DNA of 64,000 nucleotides from Octopus vulgaris (lineage: Eukaryota), in the NCBI GenBank assembly GCA_951406725.2, contig OX597834.1, positions 3,224,001-3,288,000 on the forward strand. Direction: 5' to 3'. Below are positions 13,206 through 26,101 of the stretch, piece after piece. The number at the start of each line of letters is the position of its first letter. The stretch's first letter is position 1. A program made the translations under genes and the position numbers. Under the pieces are notes generated by a model. That model was given only the letters and a program-made list of their open reading frames with translations, was not told the DNA's origin and ran no database searches.

Positions 13206-14117
13206 TTGGGTCATCCCATAAATAATGCGGTTTTTTCAATCGCATAAACTCAATGACGGAGGGGGATGGGATAAACTACCTGCATAAACTTGCTATAAAA
13301 GCAGGGAGTAATTTTACCTTGTGCTTATTCTTAGTGCAAGTTTTGAAGAGTGCAGTTTGATTTTAAGAGTTATTTTTTCTTCAAAACTATAATGGAAGTG
13401 ACAAAGGAGCATATTCAGCACATTTTGCTGTTTGAGTTCAATAAAGGCAACAACGCAACGGAAAGTGTGAAGAATATTAATGCAGTATATGGGGAGCGGA
13501 CAATAAGTGTAAGCCAGTGCCAACAGTAGTTCCAGAAATTCAGAGCTGGAAACTACAGCCTAGAAGACAAGCCTTGTCCTAGAAGATCTGCAGAGTTCAA
13601 TGAGTTCAACAAAGACGTTCTGCAAACTTCGGTGGAATGAAATCCCATCATAACTATTGAAAAACTGGCAGAGAAGCTTGGATTTGGTTATTCAGTCTGT
13701 CATTTAGGTCAGCACTATAAGGAAAACGACCATCTTTGGTTTCAAGACGGAAGGTGTTCTTCCATAAGGATAATGCTCAACCACATACAGCGAGGATGAC
13801 ATTCCAAAGGCTGGAGCAGTTTGAATGGGAAATGATTTGCTAGGCGGTGCCCCATCTGATTATCCTTTATTCCACAGTCTTCAAAATCCTTTGGATGGAA
13901 AAAATAGGAATTCTGTAGACGCGGTCAGAACAGTACTGGATGAGTATTTTTTGTCACTGACAGGGGACTTTTAGAAGAGGGCCCTTGCGAGTTTAGCAGA
14001 TAGAAGGAAGAGCATCGAAGGAGAGTATATTTTAGATTAGAAAAGAACTTTTTTTATCTTAATTTTAAAAAAATAAAAGAAGTATAAAACAACCACATTA
14101 TTTATGGGATGACCCCA
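13206..14117 (+). mobile_element. Internally deleted mariner DNA transposon
   Basis: TIRs ttgggtcatcccataaataatgcggtt / aaccacattatttatgggatgacccca; relic MEVTKEHIQHILLFEFNKGNNATE (HTH) from 13392, then FHKDNAQPH and APSDY.LF. Confidence 0.9.
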
Positions 14118-14446
14118 TGTAAATAGTGCTCAACATCAGTTTATGTTGGTCAGGTACCCAGCCCCCCTCTAATATATGTTAATTCATGACAAAGATAAAA
14201 AGGAATTATGTTCCAGGAGGCAACCATTTGATGGAGACAGTGTTGTAACATATGGGCCTCTGTGTAGATGACAATGGCAATTATATTCAGAGTTAGACGT
14301 TTATGTGCCATCATTAATTTACATACATTTGCATAAATTAACTAAGATTCTATGTCACACAGGTGGGGACTTAATTACAGTCTATCAATAATTCTTTACA
14401 TACGTGGAAATGTATGTGCGTATACATATATGTATGAGTGTGTATA

Positions 14447-14478
<32 letters not shown>

Positions 14479-15019
14479 CATAAATAAATGTGGTTGCATG
14501 TATGTATATGCATATGTTATATATGGGTTGGTGATACAAACAGGAAAATTGAACTCAAGACATGCATGTACATCTGTATATATGTATGTGTGTATATACA
14601 TATGTATGTAAATATGTGTGTGTGTATATATATATATATATGCACATAAACATGATGTGTGTGTATATATATATATATATACATATACACACACACACAT
14701 ATGTATTCTTATATATATTTATATATATGAATATATACATACATATGCAAAGAAATTGAGATCAGATTAAAGGAGATTTATAAAAGGCAGCTGTATCCTC
14801 AAATGAACGACCACTCCTGCAAATGCCAGAATAGAGACTGTTGTGAAATGGAGAGATTTCCTTAAAGGAAACCGTTCCATACAAACTGAAATTCCAGAGA
14901 TAATTTATTTGTCAAAATATTGTGCAGTTAATCCAAGCGGGAAGGTCATTGTTCTTTCATGATGATCATTTCAACATAACAGGTTCTGGGATTATAAATG
15001 TAAATTATTGAGTAATATT

Positions 15020-15745
15020 CTTTTCTACTCTAGGCACAAGGCCTGTAATTTTTGGAGGGGAGTGGGGGCCAGTCGCTTAGATCGACCCCAGTATGCAACT
15101 GGTACTTAATTTATTGACCTCGAAAGGATGAAATGTTATGTTGACATCTGCAGAATTTGAACTCAGAACGTAAAGACAGACAAAATACTGCTAAGCATTT
15201 CGCCTGGCGTGCTAACCTTATTTGAAGCAAATATTCTTTTCTAATCTAGGCACAAGGCCCGAAATTTTGGGGGAGGGGACCAGTTGGTTAGATTGACCCC
15301 AGCACATAACTGGTACTTAATTTATGGAACCTGAAAGGATGAAAGGTAAAGTCAACCTTGGTGGAATTTAGAACTCAGAATGTAAAGACAGATGAAATAC
15401 TGCTAAGCATTTTGACCGGCATCTTAACGATTCTTCCAGCTCGTTGCCTTAATTATTGAGTAATATTGCATCATATCACATGTGATTCTATTTCATCTCA
15501 CATGGACAACATTATGAGATTGGTCTCATATTTTGGCACAAGGTCAGAAATTTCAGGTACAGAACCATGTTGATTACATCCAGCACCCCCTCCAGGATGC
15601 AACTGGTACTTATTTATTGACCCTGAAAGGATGAAAGGTAAAGTCAACCTCGGTGGAATTTGAACTCAAAATGTAAAGACTGACAAAAGACTGCTAAGCA
15701 TTTTCTCCAAAGCACTAACAATTTGGCTGGCTTGCCACCTTCAAA
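15020..15745 (-). mobile_element. Three tandem family-A SINEs; the first two share one 17-bp direct repeat
   Basis: aattattgagtaatatt at 15003-15019 and 15451-15467. Confidence 0.8.
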
Positions 15746-15803
15746 TTTAAGCACATCATCATCGTCATCATCATCATTTAGCATTTGTTGTCCATGTTGG
15801 CAT

Positions 15804-16387
15804 ACGCTGCCTCCGAAAAATCCTCCGCATCAAATGGCAGAATCATATCCCCAACAAAGATGTCCTCAGGCAAGCAGGAATACCAAGCATGTTTGCACTC
15901 CTCACACAAAGACGTATGAGATGGCTTGGGCATGTTAGCCGTATGAAAGATGGCAGAATCCCCAAGGACATACTCTACGGAGAGCTTGCTAGGGGTACTA
16001 GGTCTGTGGGTAGACCAATCTTACGTTACAAGGATGTTTGCAAAAGAGACATGAAGGCCTGCAACATCAATATTAGCAGTTGGGAGGCAGTTGCCGACAA
16101 CCGTGGAGATTGGCGACGTACCGTAAAAGAGGGAATACAGAGGAGTGACAGAGAGAGAGAGGAGAAATGGAAAGACAAGAAAAGACGTCAACAAGAAACT
16201 ATGACATTACAACCAGCCAGGAACAGTCTTCGCTACATTTGCGGTACCTGCCAGAGGGAGTGTTTGTCCAGGATAGGACTACACAGCCACAGCAGGAAAT
16301 GTATCAATACATGAAATATAAAAGCCGGACTAGGCTACTTCATGCGCAACTCCATTGTCTCCCGAGACAGAAAGGATGCCAATACAA
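15804..16387 (+). mobile_element. 5'-truncated RTE-clade (BovB-like) LINE inserted in a family-B SINE
   Basis: Open frame 15805-16314 RCLRKILRIKWQ...RRMRWLGHVSRM.DGRIPK.ILYGEL...CGTC..SRIGLHSH; 3' hairpin tgtctcccgagaca; TSD tggcat at 15798-15803 and 16388-16393. Confidence 0.9.
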
Positions 16388-17527
16388 TGGCATGGGTTGG
16401 ACAGTTTGTCCAGGACTGGCAAGCTGGTAGGCTGCACCAAACTCCAGTCTGATTTGGCATGGTTTTCTATGGCTAGATGTCTTTCCTAACACCAACCACT
16501 CCAAGAGTGTAATGAGTGCTTTTATGTGCCACTGGCATGGGTGCCATGTACGTGACACTAGTATCTGCCACAACTGTGGTTTTACTTGGCTCAGTGGGTC
16601 TTCTTCTCAAGCACAACATAATGCCAAAGGTCTCACAGCAATTTCAGGAGGGGGTATAAGTAAATTACATGCACCCCAGCATTCAACTGGTACTAAAACG
16701 ATGAAAGGCAAAGTTGACCTCAGCAGAATTTGAACTCAGAACATGAGTCTTGCCTGGCTTCTCAATGACTCTGCTGACTCACTGCCTTCAATTGTGGTGA
16801 TATTTGATTCAAATAAGGCAGCAAGCTGGCAGAAGTGTTAGCACACCAGCCAAAATGCTTAGTGGCATTTTGAGTTCGAATTCCACCGAGGTCAACTTTG
16901 CCTTTCATCCTTTCGGGGTTGATAAATTAAGTACCAGTTGCGTACTGGGGTCGATCTAATCAACTGACCCCCACCACACCAGAAATTTTGGGCCATGTGT
17001 CTAGAGTAGAAAAGAATATTAACAATCACTTGTTTGGATTCGTGATGTATCTTTTGCTTTGTGACTCCTTTATTTGTTTCAGTCATATGACTATGGCCAT
17101 TCTGGAGCAACGCCTTGAAGGGTTTTTAGTCAAATGAATCTACCCCAGGACTTATTTCTATCAGTCTCTTTTTGCTGAACTACCAAGTTATGTGGATGTG
17201 AACACACCAGCACTGGTTGTCAAGCAATGATGGGGAACAAACAGAAACGCAAAGACGCACACACACACATATCCGTGTGTGTGTATGTGAGTGCATGTGT
17301 GTTTGTATGTTTGTGTGTGTGTGTGTGTGTGTGTATACATATATATATATACAAAATTAGAAAATGGAGAAACATACTTAAATCAATCAAACATCAACCA
17401 TCAGATGATACCCAATCAATACTTTATTACACCATTACATAACAGTAAAGGCATTTTACAAAATATATTGTAAATATAATTAGACAAGGAAATAGAAATA
17501 TAAAATATAATATGTAATTATATCATA

Positions 17528-17638
17528 TCTGACAGCTGTTTCGGCAGTAAGGGCAAGCATGCCTCATTTAACCTATAAGCCATATAAGGCAGGTATAAAT
17601 GAGACATTAACAAGGACGCCCCACGGCCTCTTCAGAGA
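17528..17638 (-). ncRNA. Type I hammerhead ribozyme with a long stem II, in a PLE-type element (17350-17640)
   Basis: Minus strand: tct-CTGAAGA-ggc.gt.gggc...ctcattta..taaatgag...gccc.tac.gcc-GAAAC-agct-GTC^-aga; the flank 17351-17480 is near-identical to the palindrome arm at 26569-26701. Confidence 0.8.
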
Positions 17639-17733
17639 ATTTAATTTATTATAATTGTGAAAAAATTTTTTTCATATACATATAAATATAAAAATGTAAA
17701 ATATAAAAATGTGTGCATAGACACCATAATACT

Positions 17734-17779
<46 letters not shown>

Positions 17780-17883
17780 TGATAGAAATGGTAAGACAAC
17801 AAAAGAATGAAAGAGACCATGATATTATGTAAAAGGAGGAATTTATCTATAAAAGTAATATGTGACAATTATTCGGTAGCCAT

Positions 17884-17944
17884 GATAAAACTCCGAGTTT
17901 CGGACGTCAGGGCGGAAATCCACGCCACCATCTCTTCAGTTATC
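17884..17944 (-). ncRNA. Type I hammerhead motif (left member of an inverted pair)
   Basis: Minus strand: gataa-CTGAAGA-gatg.tggcgtggatttccgccctgacgtcc-GAAAC-tcgga-GTT^-ttatc. Confidence 0.7.
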
Positions 17945-17969
17945 CGGCATTTTAACTGAAGAGATGGCC

Positions 17970-18046
17970 GATAACTGAAGAGATGGCAGTGTGGATTTCC
18001 ACCTATCATATGGTGTTAGCATCCGAAACTCTGGTAGAGTTTTATC
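17970..18046 (+). ncRNA. Type I hammerhead motif (right member of an inverted pair)
   Basis: gataa-CTGAAGA-gatg...catcc-GAAAC-tctggtaga-GTT^-ttatc. Confidence 0.75.
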
Positions 18047-18928
18047 ATGGCTGAATACAGATGTATTACTGCATTTTTATAATGTCCTGTCACATATTAA
18101 TCCATTTTGTTGCTTTTCTATATATATATATATATATAAAATATATATATATGTATAAAATATATATATATATATATATATAAAATATATAAGCACCCAC
18201 TACACTCGCAGAGTGGTTGGCGTTAGGAAGGGCATCCAGCTGTAGAAACACTGCCAGATCAGACTGGAGCCTGGGGCAGCCCCTGGCTCCCCAGACCCCG
18301 GTCAAACCGTCCAACCCGTGCTGGCACGGAAAACGGACGTTAAACGATGATGATGATGATATAACATGGGCTTCTTTCAGTTTCCATGAACCAAGTCCAC
18401 TCAGAAGGCTTTGGTTAGTAGAAGACACTTGCCCAAGGTGCCACACAGTGGGACTGAACCTGGAACCTTGTGGTTGGGAAGCAAGCTTCTTACTACACAG
18501 CCACACTTGTGTCCAGTCTGGTTTCCCTGGCAAGATATTGGTCATCTCACAGCCATAGAGAAGGCACCAACCGACTGCATCCTGTCTCAGTTCAAACAGA
18601 ATTTGTCGAGGATGTTGGTCACATCCTTTTACTGTTACCACCACCACCTCACCAGCCTGTTCCCAAACGAGATAATGGTAATCTATCTCCCCCCCCCCCA
18701 CCGATCCTTGGACAGGCAGATTTTTGAGGAAGGTCACCACTTGTATGGCGAGGTTGTTTGTTTACAACCAACAATCCTGTCATCTTATGAGAAGGACAAA
18801 CATACACATATACAAACACATAAACGCACACACATACACACATACACACATATACAAACACACACATAGACATATACAAACACATACACACACACCAACT
18901 CACACAAATACAAAGGATGAGCAGCTTA

Positions 18929-18985
<57 letters not shown>

Positions 18986-19360
18986 CAGCAGCAGTAGTAG
19001 CAGCAGCTGCAAGTAAAAGAAATGTATGTGTGTGTATGTGTGCATGTATGTGTGTTTGCATGTGCACATGTGTGTGTGTGTGTGTGTGTGTGTGTACACC
19101 AGCGCCTTTACAGGGCACACTGGGTGGGTTTATTTGTGGCACCAAAACCAGTGATGATTGCCTTATAACTTGCCAGGCTAAGGCCCCTATAACTAAGGGA
19201 GAAGAGAAGGGTGGGTGGGTGGTGATTTTAGGCAGGGGGATGATGGAGGGTAAATAAAAGGGGGAAGAGGGAGTGAGAACTGCAAGGAAGGGAAATAGTG
19301 ACAAATTGAGAAGGATGGAGGGAGGAGAGGTGAGAGGGTTGGTTATTTTGTATATATATA

Positions 19361-19672
19361 TCACCGTGATCACCGTCACCGACCAGGTTATCAGATGTTG
19401 CTACACATCGCTGGTCACAATGCGCTTCACATTGTTTTAGCCTTCAAATGATGCCACCCCACTGGCTAAGCGAGCAAGCCAACAGAAGAAAGAGTGAGAG
19501 AAAGTTGTGGCGAAGGAGTACAGCAGGGATTGCCACCACCCCCTGCTGGAGCCTTGTGGAGATTATTGGTGTTTTCACTCAATAAACACTCACAACACCT
19601 GGTCTGGGAATCGAAACCGCGATCCTATGACTGCGAGTTTGCTGCCCTCACCACTGGGCCATTGTGCCTCCA
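19361..19672 (-). mobile_element. tRNA-derived SINE (family D)
   Basis: Minus-strand head tggcccagtggtgagg...ggtttcgattccc; a 3' part recurs at 27046-27160 (+). Confidence 0.8.
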
Positions 19673-19754
19673 CATATATATATGTACATATATTTATATG
19701 TATATATAAATTTGCATATACCTATACCTATATATATATAAATATATATAGAAA

Positions 19755-20810
19755 AAAAAGTCAAGAGAGAAAATGCTAAAATAATTTTATAAAAAACATT
19801 TCAGTACCGGTTTCAGTCATTGAGACTTTTTCAACTGTAAGTATCATCATCATCATCATCATCGTTTAACGTCCATTTTCCATGCTAGCATGGGTTGGAT
19901 GGAAACAAATTTTGGAAAAATTAAAAGAAAAGTTTTTTTAAAAGAATATTTGCATAGTGTTCAAATATAAGTGGCATTTTCTTTGTTTCTGCCCATTTCT
20001 CTCTCTCTTGTTTACTCTTGTGGGTTCGAGGTCGTTGTGAATTCTTGGTAGGGAAGGAAAAGAAGAAGAAGAAGAATGCGGGAGTGCCATGACAGTAGTA
20101 TGTTGAATGGTCAACTGCCCCGAAAGTGACCTGCTGTGGATGGTAGTAGTGATTGAATTCCTGAAACATCTCTTTTGAATGTTTGGTTTATAAATTTTGC
20201 GTAGGTGTTATTCTAAACAGCAATAGGGGTAAAGTTTGGAAGGAGGTGGCGGAGAGGAAGAAGACAAAGAAGAAGAAGAAAGAGAAGGGAGAATAAGAAG
20301 GAATGTAGGTAGTATGATAGTAGTAAGGCATTAAATGGTCAAGTGACCTAAAATTGGCTCGTTATGGATTATAGCAGTGATTGGGACTGTTTTTTAATGG
20401 ATTCTTGGGAATCTCTTGAGTGTATCATTTTTTAATATTTGCGTGTGTATTTGTGTTATTTTAAGGCCGTGGTGGATATGTCGTTTGTTGTAGGCATGTT
20501 CAAAAGGGGTCTGTATTTTGTAATAAAGAGAGTCTCTTTACTAATTCATTGGCTACAGGTTGTATCGTCCCTGAATTGGTAGAGGGGAAAAATTCTGAAG
20601 CTTCGATTTTTGTTATTGGCTCAAATGTCTATGTGTTGACTGAATGATATTTTTCTGTTTTGGGAAATTTTGATCTGGGATCTGTGCAGAGCCATTCTTT
20701 TACGTAGACTGTTTTTGTTTGGCCTATGTATTACTCTTGACACCCAGAGCAGGTTAGTGTGTATATCAGGTTCTCTGAAGCACATGTGAAGTTGCTTTTG
20801 AAGGAGAACT
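19755..20810 (-). mobile_element. Penelope-like element 3' portion (GIY-YIG nuclease, long 3' region, hammerhead-like terminus)
   Basis: Minus strand ~20800-20495 reads NFTCASENLIYTLTCSGCQE*YIGQT...H...QHID...ETLFITKYRPLLN; related 3' sequence at 53720-53860. Confidence 0.8.
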
Positions 20811-21294
20811 CTGATCCCTCAATTAAATATTGGATCACAGGGTGACCTGCTGTGCTTGAGGAGACCTATTGAGTCAAGTACATCAACATCAAAATAAAAA
20901 CCAAATGGAAATTGTAGTTGTGATACCCGTGCCAGTGGCATGTAAAAAGTACCTACTACACTCACGGAGTGGTTGGTGTTAGGAAGGGCATCCAGCTGTA
21001 AAAACACTGCCAGATCAGACTGGAGCCTGGTGCAGCCTCCTGGCTTCCCAGACCCCGGTCAAACCATCCAGCCCATGCTAGCATGGAAAACAGACGTTAA
21101 ACAATAAACAATGATGATATATATATATATATAGGAAAAAATAAATAAATGTTATGAACTTCCATAGCTTACAGCTGTTTCTTCTATTAGATGCAGAGCA
21201 CTCAGAACTGAATGTTTGTGCATCACTTTATAGCTTCTTTGCAGTTTCCAAAATGAAATGCAAGTTTATTTGGGAAAACATTTACATACAAACA

Positions 21295-22183
21295 TGAGGT
21301 CTGATCAATAAGTATTTGGACTGTTGCCATAGTAACAAATCTAAAGCACACAGAGTAAAGCCACTTGGCACAGATTGACCTTGAACTCTGGTGTGCATGT
21401 GCACTAATTTTTAAAATTCTAGCTCACTTCTGCTGTTTACAGCAATGCTTGGAAGAAAGGTGTGTAGTGTGTGATAATTGCATTGATCATCATAACAGAG
21501 AAAGCAATACCTGCTCAGAGGCCTCTGCAAGGTTGCAGAAAGTGCATGGACAGGTGTGTATGAGCTGCACACAGGTGGACGAGTGGTTCAGACATTTCCA
21601 AGATGGCAGAAAAAATGTTGATATTGACGAACATACTGGAAGACCCACAACCAGCAGAACTGAGGAAAATATCACAGACATGCATGCAGCTGTGAAGGGA
21701 AATCGTCGAATCACGGATGGTGATTCGACAAGGATGTGCAGATTAGATACGGTTCGGTTCAGTTCATTATCACTGAAGGTTTGAGTATGAGACGCATGTC
21801 TGCCAAGTTTGTACCAAAACTGCTTTCAGCTGACCAGAAAGACACTAGGGTTTCAATTGCAGAAGATCCCTTTGATTGTGTCTAGAATAAGGAAAACTTT
21901 TTTAAAACTTTGCATAGGCCTCTGAGCAGGTATTGCCATGCTTTTGGCAAAGGTTGATGCAGATCCCCTTCTCAACTTTCTCCATCATGGTCAATGTGAT
22001 GATAAACATGCCACACATGTTCCTTCCAAGCATTGCAGTAAACAGCAGAAGTGAGCTAGAACATTAACACTTAGTGCACATGCACAGCAGAGTCCAAGGT
22101 CAATCTGTACCAAGTGGCCTCACTTTGTGCACTTTAGTTGCGTTACTGTGGCAACAGTCCGGATACTTATTGATCAAACCATG
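21295..22183 (+). mobile_element. Mariner derivative with very long inverted ends and an N-terminal transposase fragment
   Basis: About 180-bp inverted arms starting gatcaataagtat..ggactgttgcca; ORF ..EWFRHFQDGRKNVDIDEHTGRPTTS..NRRIT and downstream SAKFVPKLLS. Confidence 0.85.
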
Positions 22184-22937
22184 TATAAATATATATATTG
22201 TTTTCAGTCATTTGAAATAAACCCCTGGACTTATTCTTTGTAAATCAAGTTCGGCCCAAGGTTGCTTGGGCCGAACTGCTAAGATATGAGGATGTAAACA
22301 CACCAACATTGGTTGTCAAACAATGGTGGACACACACACATATAACAGGCTTCTTTCAGTTTCTACCAAATCCACTCACAAGGCTATAGAAGACTCTTGC
22401 CAAAGGTGCCACAACGGTGCGATTGAACCCAGAACCATGTGGTTGGGAAGTAAGCTTATTACCACACAGCCACACCTGATTTATAAGTATGTATACATAA
22501 ATACGCACACACGCACATAGTGTCTATCTGCACCTCACCTAAATTGTCCTTCGCATGGCTCCACTTCCACCAGCTGAAAAAGACAACTTGCCAACCACTA
22601 TATAACCCAAGGAAAACCAAAGTAAACCACAGTCTCGTGACAGCAAACCAGAATTTCGAAGTTACTGTCAGAATTTAAACATGTCACCTAGTAAAAAAAT
22701 ATTGAGTAAACCAGTTTAATTTCAAACGGATTTCATAAGTTGGCATAACAACAAGCATTTGTGTGTTGTTGTTGTTGTATTCCGGGATGGTCATTATATA
22801 TTTTATTTTATTGTATATATATTTTATTTTATTGTATTTTATTTTATTGTATTTTATTTTATTTTTTGCCAGATAATATATATATAACCATATAAACATA
22901 TATATGTATGTATGTATATATGTGTGTGTATGTATGC

Positions 22938-22974
<37 letters not shown>

Positions 22975-23140
22975 TGTGTGTATGTATGCATATTGAATAT
23001 ATATATGTGTGTGCATATGTATGTATATATACATATATATACATATATATACATATATATATACATATATATACATATATATACATATATATTCTTGACG
23101 CAGACTTTGAAGTCACTGTCAACAATTTTTAATTAAGAAT

Positions 23141-23676
23141 AAACTTGTCCTCTACGAAAGTATAGAGCAACACATCAAATAAATGTAAAATTGATTTTTA
23201 TAATGATAAAGCATAAAAACAAATATTCATGTCTATGTGTACATGTGTGTGTATGTGTGTGTATGTGTACATATATATATCATCATCATCATCATCATCG
23301 TTTAACGTCCGTTCTCCATGCTAGCATGGTTTGGACGGTTCGACCAGGGATCTGGGAAGCCAGAAGGCTGCACCAGGCTCCAGTCTTATCTGGCAATGTT
23401 TCTACAGCTGGATGCCCTTCCTAACGCCAACCACTCCGTGAGTGTAGTGGGTGCTTTTTACGTGCCACCTGCACAGGTGCCAGGCGAGGCTGGCAACGGC
23501 CACAGTCGGATTGGTGTATTTTATGTGCCACCGGCACGGAAGCCAGTCGAGGCGGCGCTGGCATCGGCCACGAGTCAGATGGTGCTTTTTACGTACCACC
23601 AGACCAGGGATCCTGGCTGGTTCAATTCGATTTCGATTTCGCTTTCGCTTGCCCCAACATGTCTTCGCAAGCAAAG

Positions 23677-23717
<41 letters not shown>

Positions 23718-23885
23718 CAATTGCAGTGTGGAAGGTATTTGTAAGCCATTTAACAAACACACAAAAGCCATTCGATTCACTTCAACATTTAAGTTTAATT
23801 TGTCAAAATATTTTCGTCGCTAAAATCTGCCACCTGTTCACAGACAAAAATTCGTGCTTACAAACACCTTCCACGCTGCAATTGT

Positions 23886-23953
<68 letters not shown>

Positions 23954-23955
23954 CA

Positions 23956-24000
<45 letters not shown>

Positions 24001-24107
24001 TCATCATCATGATCATCATCATGATCATCATGATATATATATATATATATATATGTATATACATATATATGTATATGCATATATATGTATATGCATATAT
24101 ATGTATA

Positions 24108-24173
<66 letters not shown>

Positions 24174-24290
24174 CTCACATACACACACATGTACACATAC
24201 ACATGAATATTTGTTTTTATGCTGAATCATTATAGAAACAGTTTAACATTAATCTGATGTGTTGCTCTATACTTTCGTAGAGGACAAGTT
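23141..24290. repeat. Inverted repeat (arms ~23141-23280 and ~24150-24290) enclosing a SINE and a second palindrome
   Basis: aaacttgtcctctacgaaagtatagagcaacacatca versus tgatgtgttgctctatactttcgtagaggacaagttt. Confidence 0.8.
23716..23886. mobile_element. Palindromic PLE-type mini element in (TA)n with a hammerhead-like fold
   Basis: Arms 23716-23746 and 23856-23886; minus-strand tttgtc...GAAAatattttgacaaa fold at 23799-23848. Confidence 0.6.
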
Positions 24291-24522
24291 TATATATATA
24301 TGAGTGTGCTTGTGTGTGTATGTGTGTGTGTGCTATCTTGTCAGCTGAAACACAGTACAAGCTCCAGACTGGTGCCTTGTCTAAGGAGAAGCAGTCTTTG
24401 TGCATTTTTGTCATTTAATAATTCAGAGAACGAGATAAGAACTGGCCTTCTAAGAAAGTACTCTTAAAACACGTGCACATACCCACACACACACACATAC
24501 ACACACACATTGCATGTTTATT

Positions 24523-24605
<83 letters not shown>

Positions 24606-24640
24606 TTGTATGTATGTGTATGTGTGTGTGTATATATGTG

Positions 24641-24745
<105 letters not shown>

Positions 24746-25202
24746 TATGTGTGTGTCTATATATACATACACACATATAATGTAAGTAGTTAGGGTAAAT
24801 TACACCTGTTTCCTCTTAAAGCTTATCTAAAATGTAATTTGAGTCGCTGTTGTATGTTCATCCAAAAATATATATTAAATTTGAGAATTCTGAAAATATT
24901 ATTTGCAGAGTTATTGTATAGCAGAACAAGAAGTTGACAAATTCATTGGTGTTATTTATTCACCATTACACATGTTTCACCTGCTAATAGGAATCATAGA
25001 GTTTTTCCTGTTAGAGAGACATATAAGGAATTTCTTATCAGAAATTCTTTCGACAGAGAAATTAGGCAATAATAATGTATTATTTTAACTCAGTAATTCC
25101 TATTAGTAAATGAAACATGTGTAATGGCAGATAAATAATATCAAATCATTTCCAATTTCCTCTTTTGTTGTGTTTGTCTGTCTGTCTGTTGGTATGTATG
25201 TA

Positions 25203-25241
<39 letters not shown>

Positions 25242-25336
25242 TTATATATATAAATAAGGATAAGATCGTTATTTAAAATATTAATCATATCAAGTGGCTA
25301 GCAAAGGAATAAAAACCTCAGGTAATAATTATCATT

Positions 25337-25493
25337 AAAATTATAATTAAGGATATCTAAAAGATACCACCATGCTAGATATAGCAACGAAAGCATGACT
25401 CTAAAACAACCTTAAATGTTCATTTAATGTTGTTTTAGAGTCAAGTTTTAGCTGCTATATCTAGCATGGTGGTATCTTTTAGATACCCTTAAT

Positions 25494-25502
<9 letters not shown>
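25337..25502. repeat. Near-perfect 166-bp hairpin palindrome
   Basis: aaaattataattaagg.tatctaaaagataccaccatgctagatatagca... mirrored with almost no spacer. Confidence 0.9.
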
Positions 25503-25526
<24 letters not shown>

Positions 25527-25528
25527 TG

Positions 25529-25753
25529 TAGAGTGAACTTACTCAGATTACACAGATGCAAGGAATTAGAGGGGAGAAGGTGTTATTGACCCGACAGCTG
25601 TTTCTGAATGTTCAGAGTTACTTCATAATGTTGGAAGATGTAGTTGATATTGATAAACTCCAGAGCCTCCTTCATCAAGGTGAATAGATAAGAGTCGAAT
25701 GCCTTTTCCCCTCCAATTCCCTGAGTCTGTGCAATCTGAGGAAGTTTGCTCTA
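25529..25753. mobile_element. Palindromic mini element with a variant hammerhead (25591-25680, minus strand)
   Basis: Imperfect ~55-bp arms; minus strand cc-TTGATGA...GAAAC-agct-GTC^-gg. Confidence 0.6.
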
Positions 25754-25901
25754 TAAAAAAATATTTATACTCATGCTTGATTGTTAATCATCTGAAAACT
25801 TGAAGTCTGCCTTCTCTTTTCACATGTATACATACATGCATATATATAAAACTTCATTTTTTACAAATATATACCCACTCGTATATACGAGCTAATCTTA
25901 T

Positions 25902-25954
<53 letters not shown>

Positions 25955-26036
25955 TAAAATACAAGGTTTTATCTGTTTATTTGAATCATTCTCTCTCTCT
26001 CTCGCTTGCTCTCTTTCTCTCTCGCTCTCTTCTCTC

Positions 26037-26101
<65 letters not shown>

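Noticed and set aside
21165-21240. Hammerhead-like half (GAAAC-agct-GTA on the minus strand); similar halves near 12750, 24810, 41625 and 41725
   Set aside because: No intact CUGANGA box correctly placed next to a paired stem I; probably decayed copies, so not counted
23318-24235. 305-aa ORF
   Set aside because: Read-through of a SINE plus (TA)n tracts and a palindrome; no protein features
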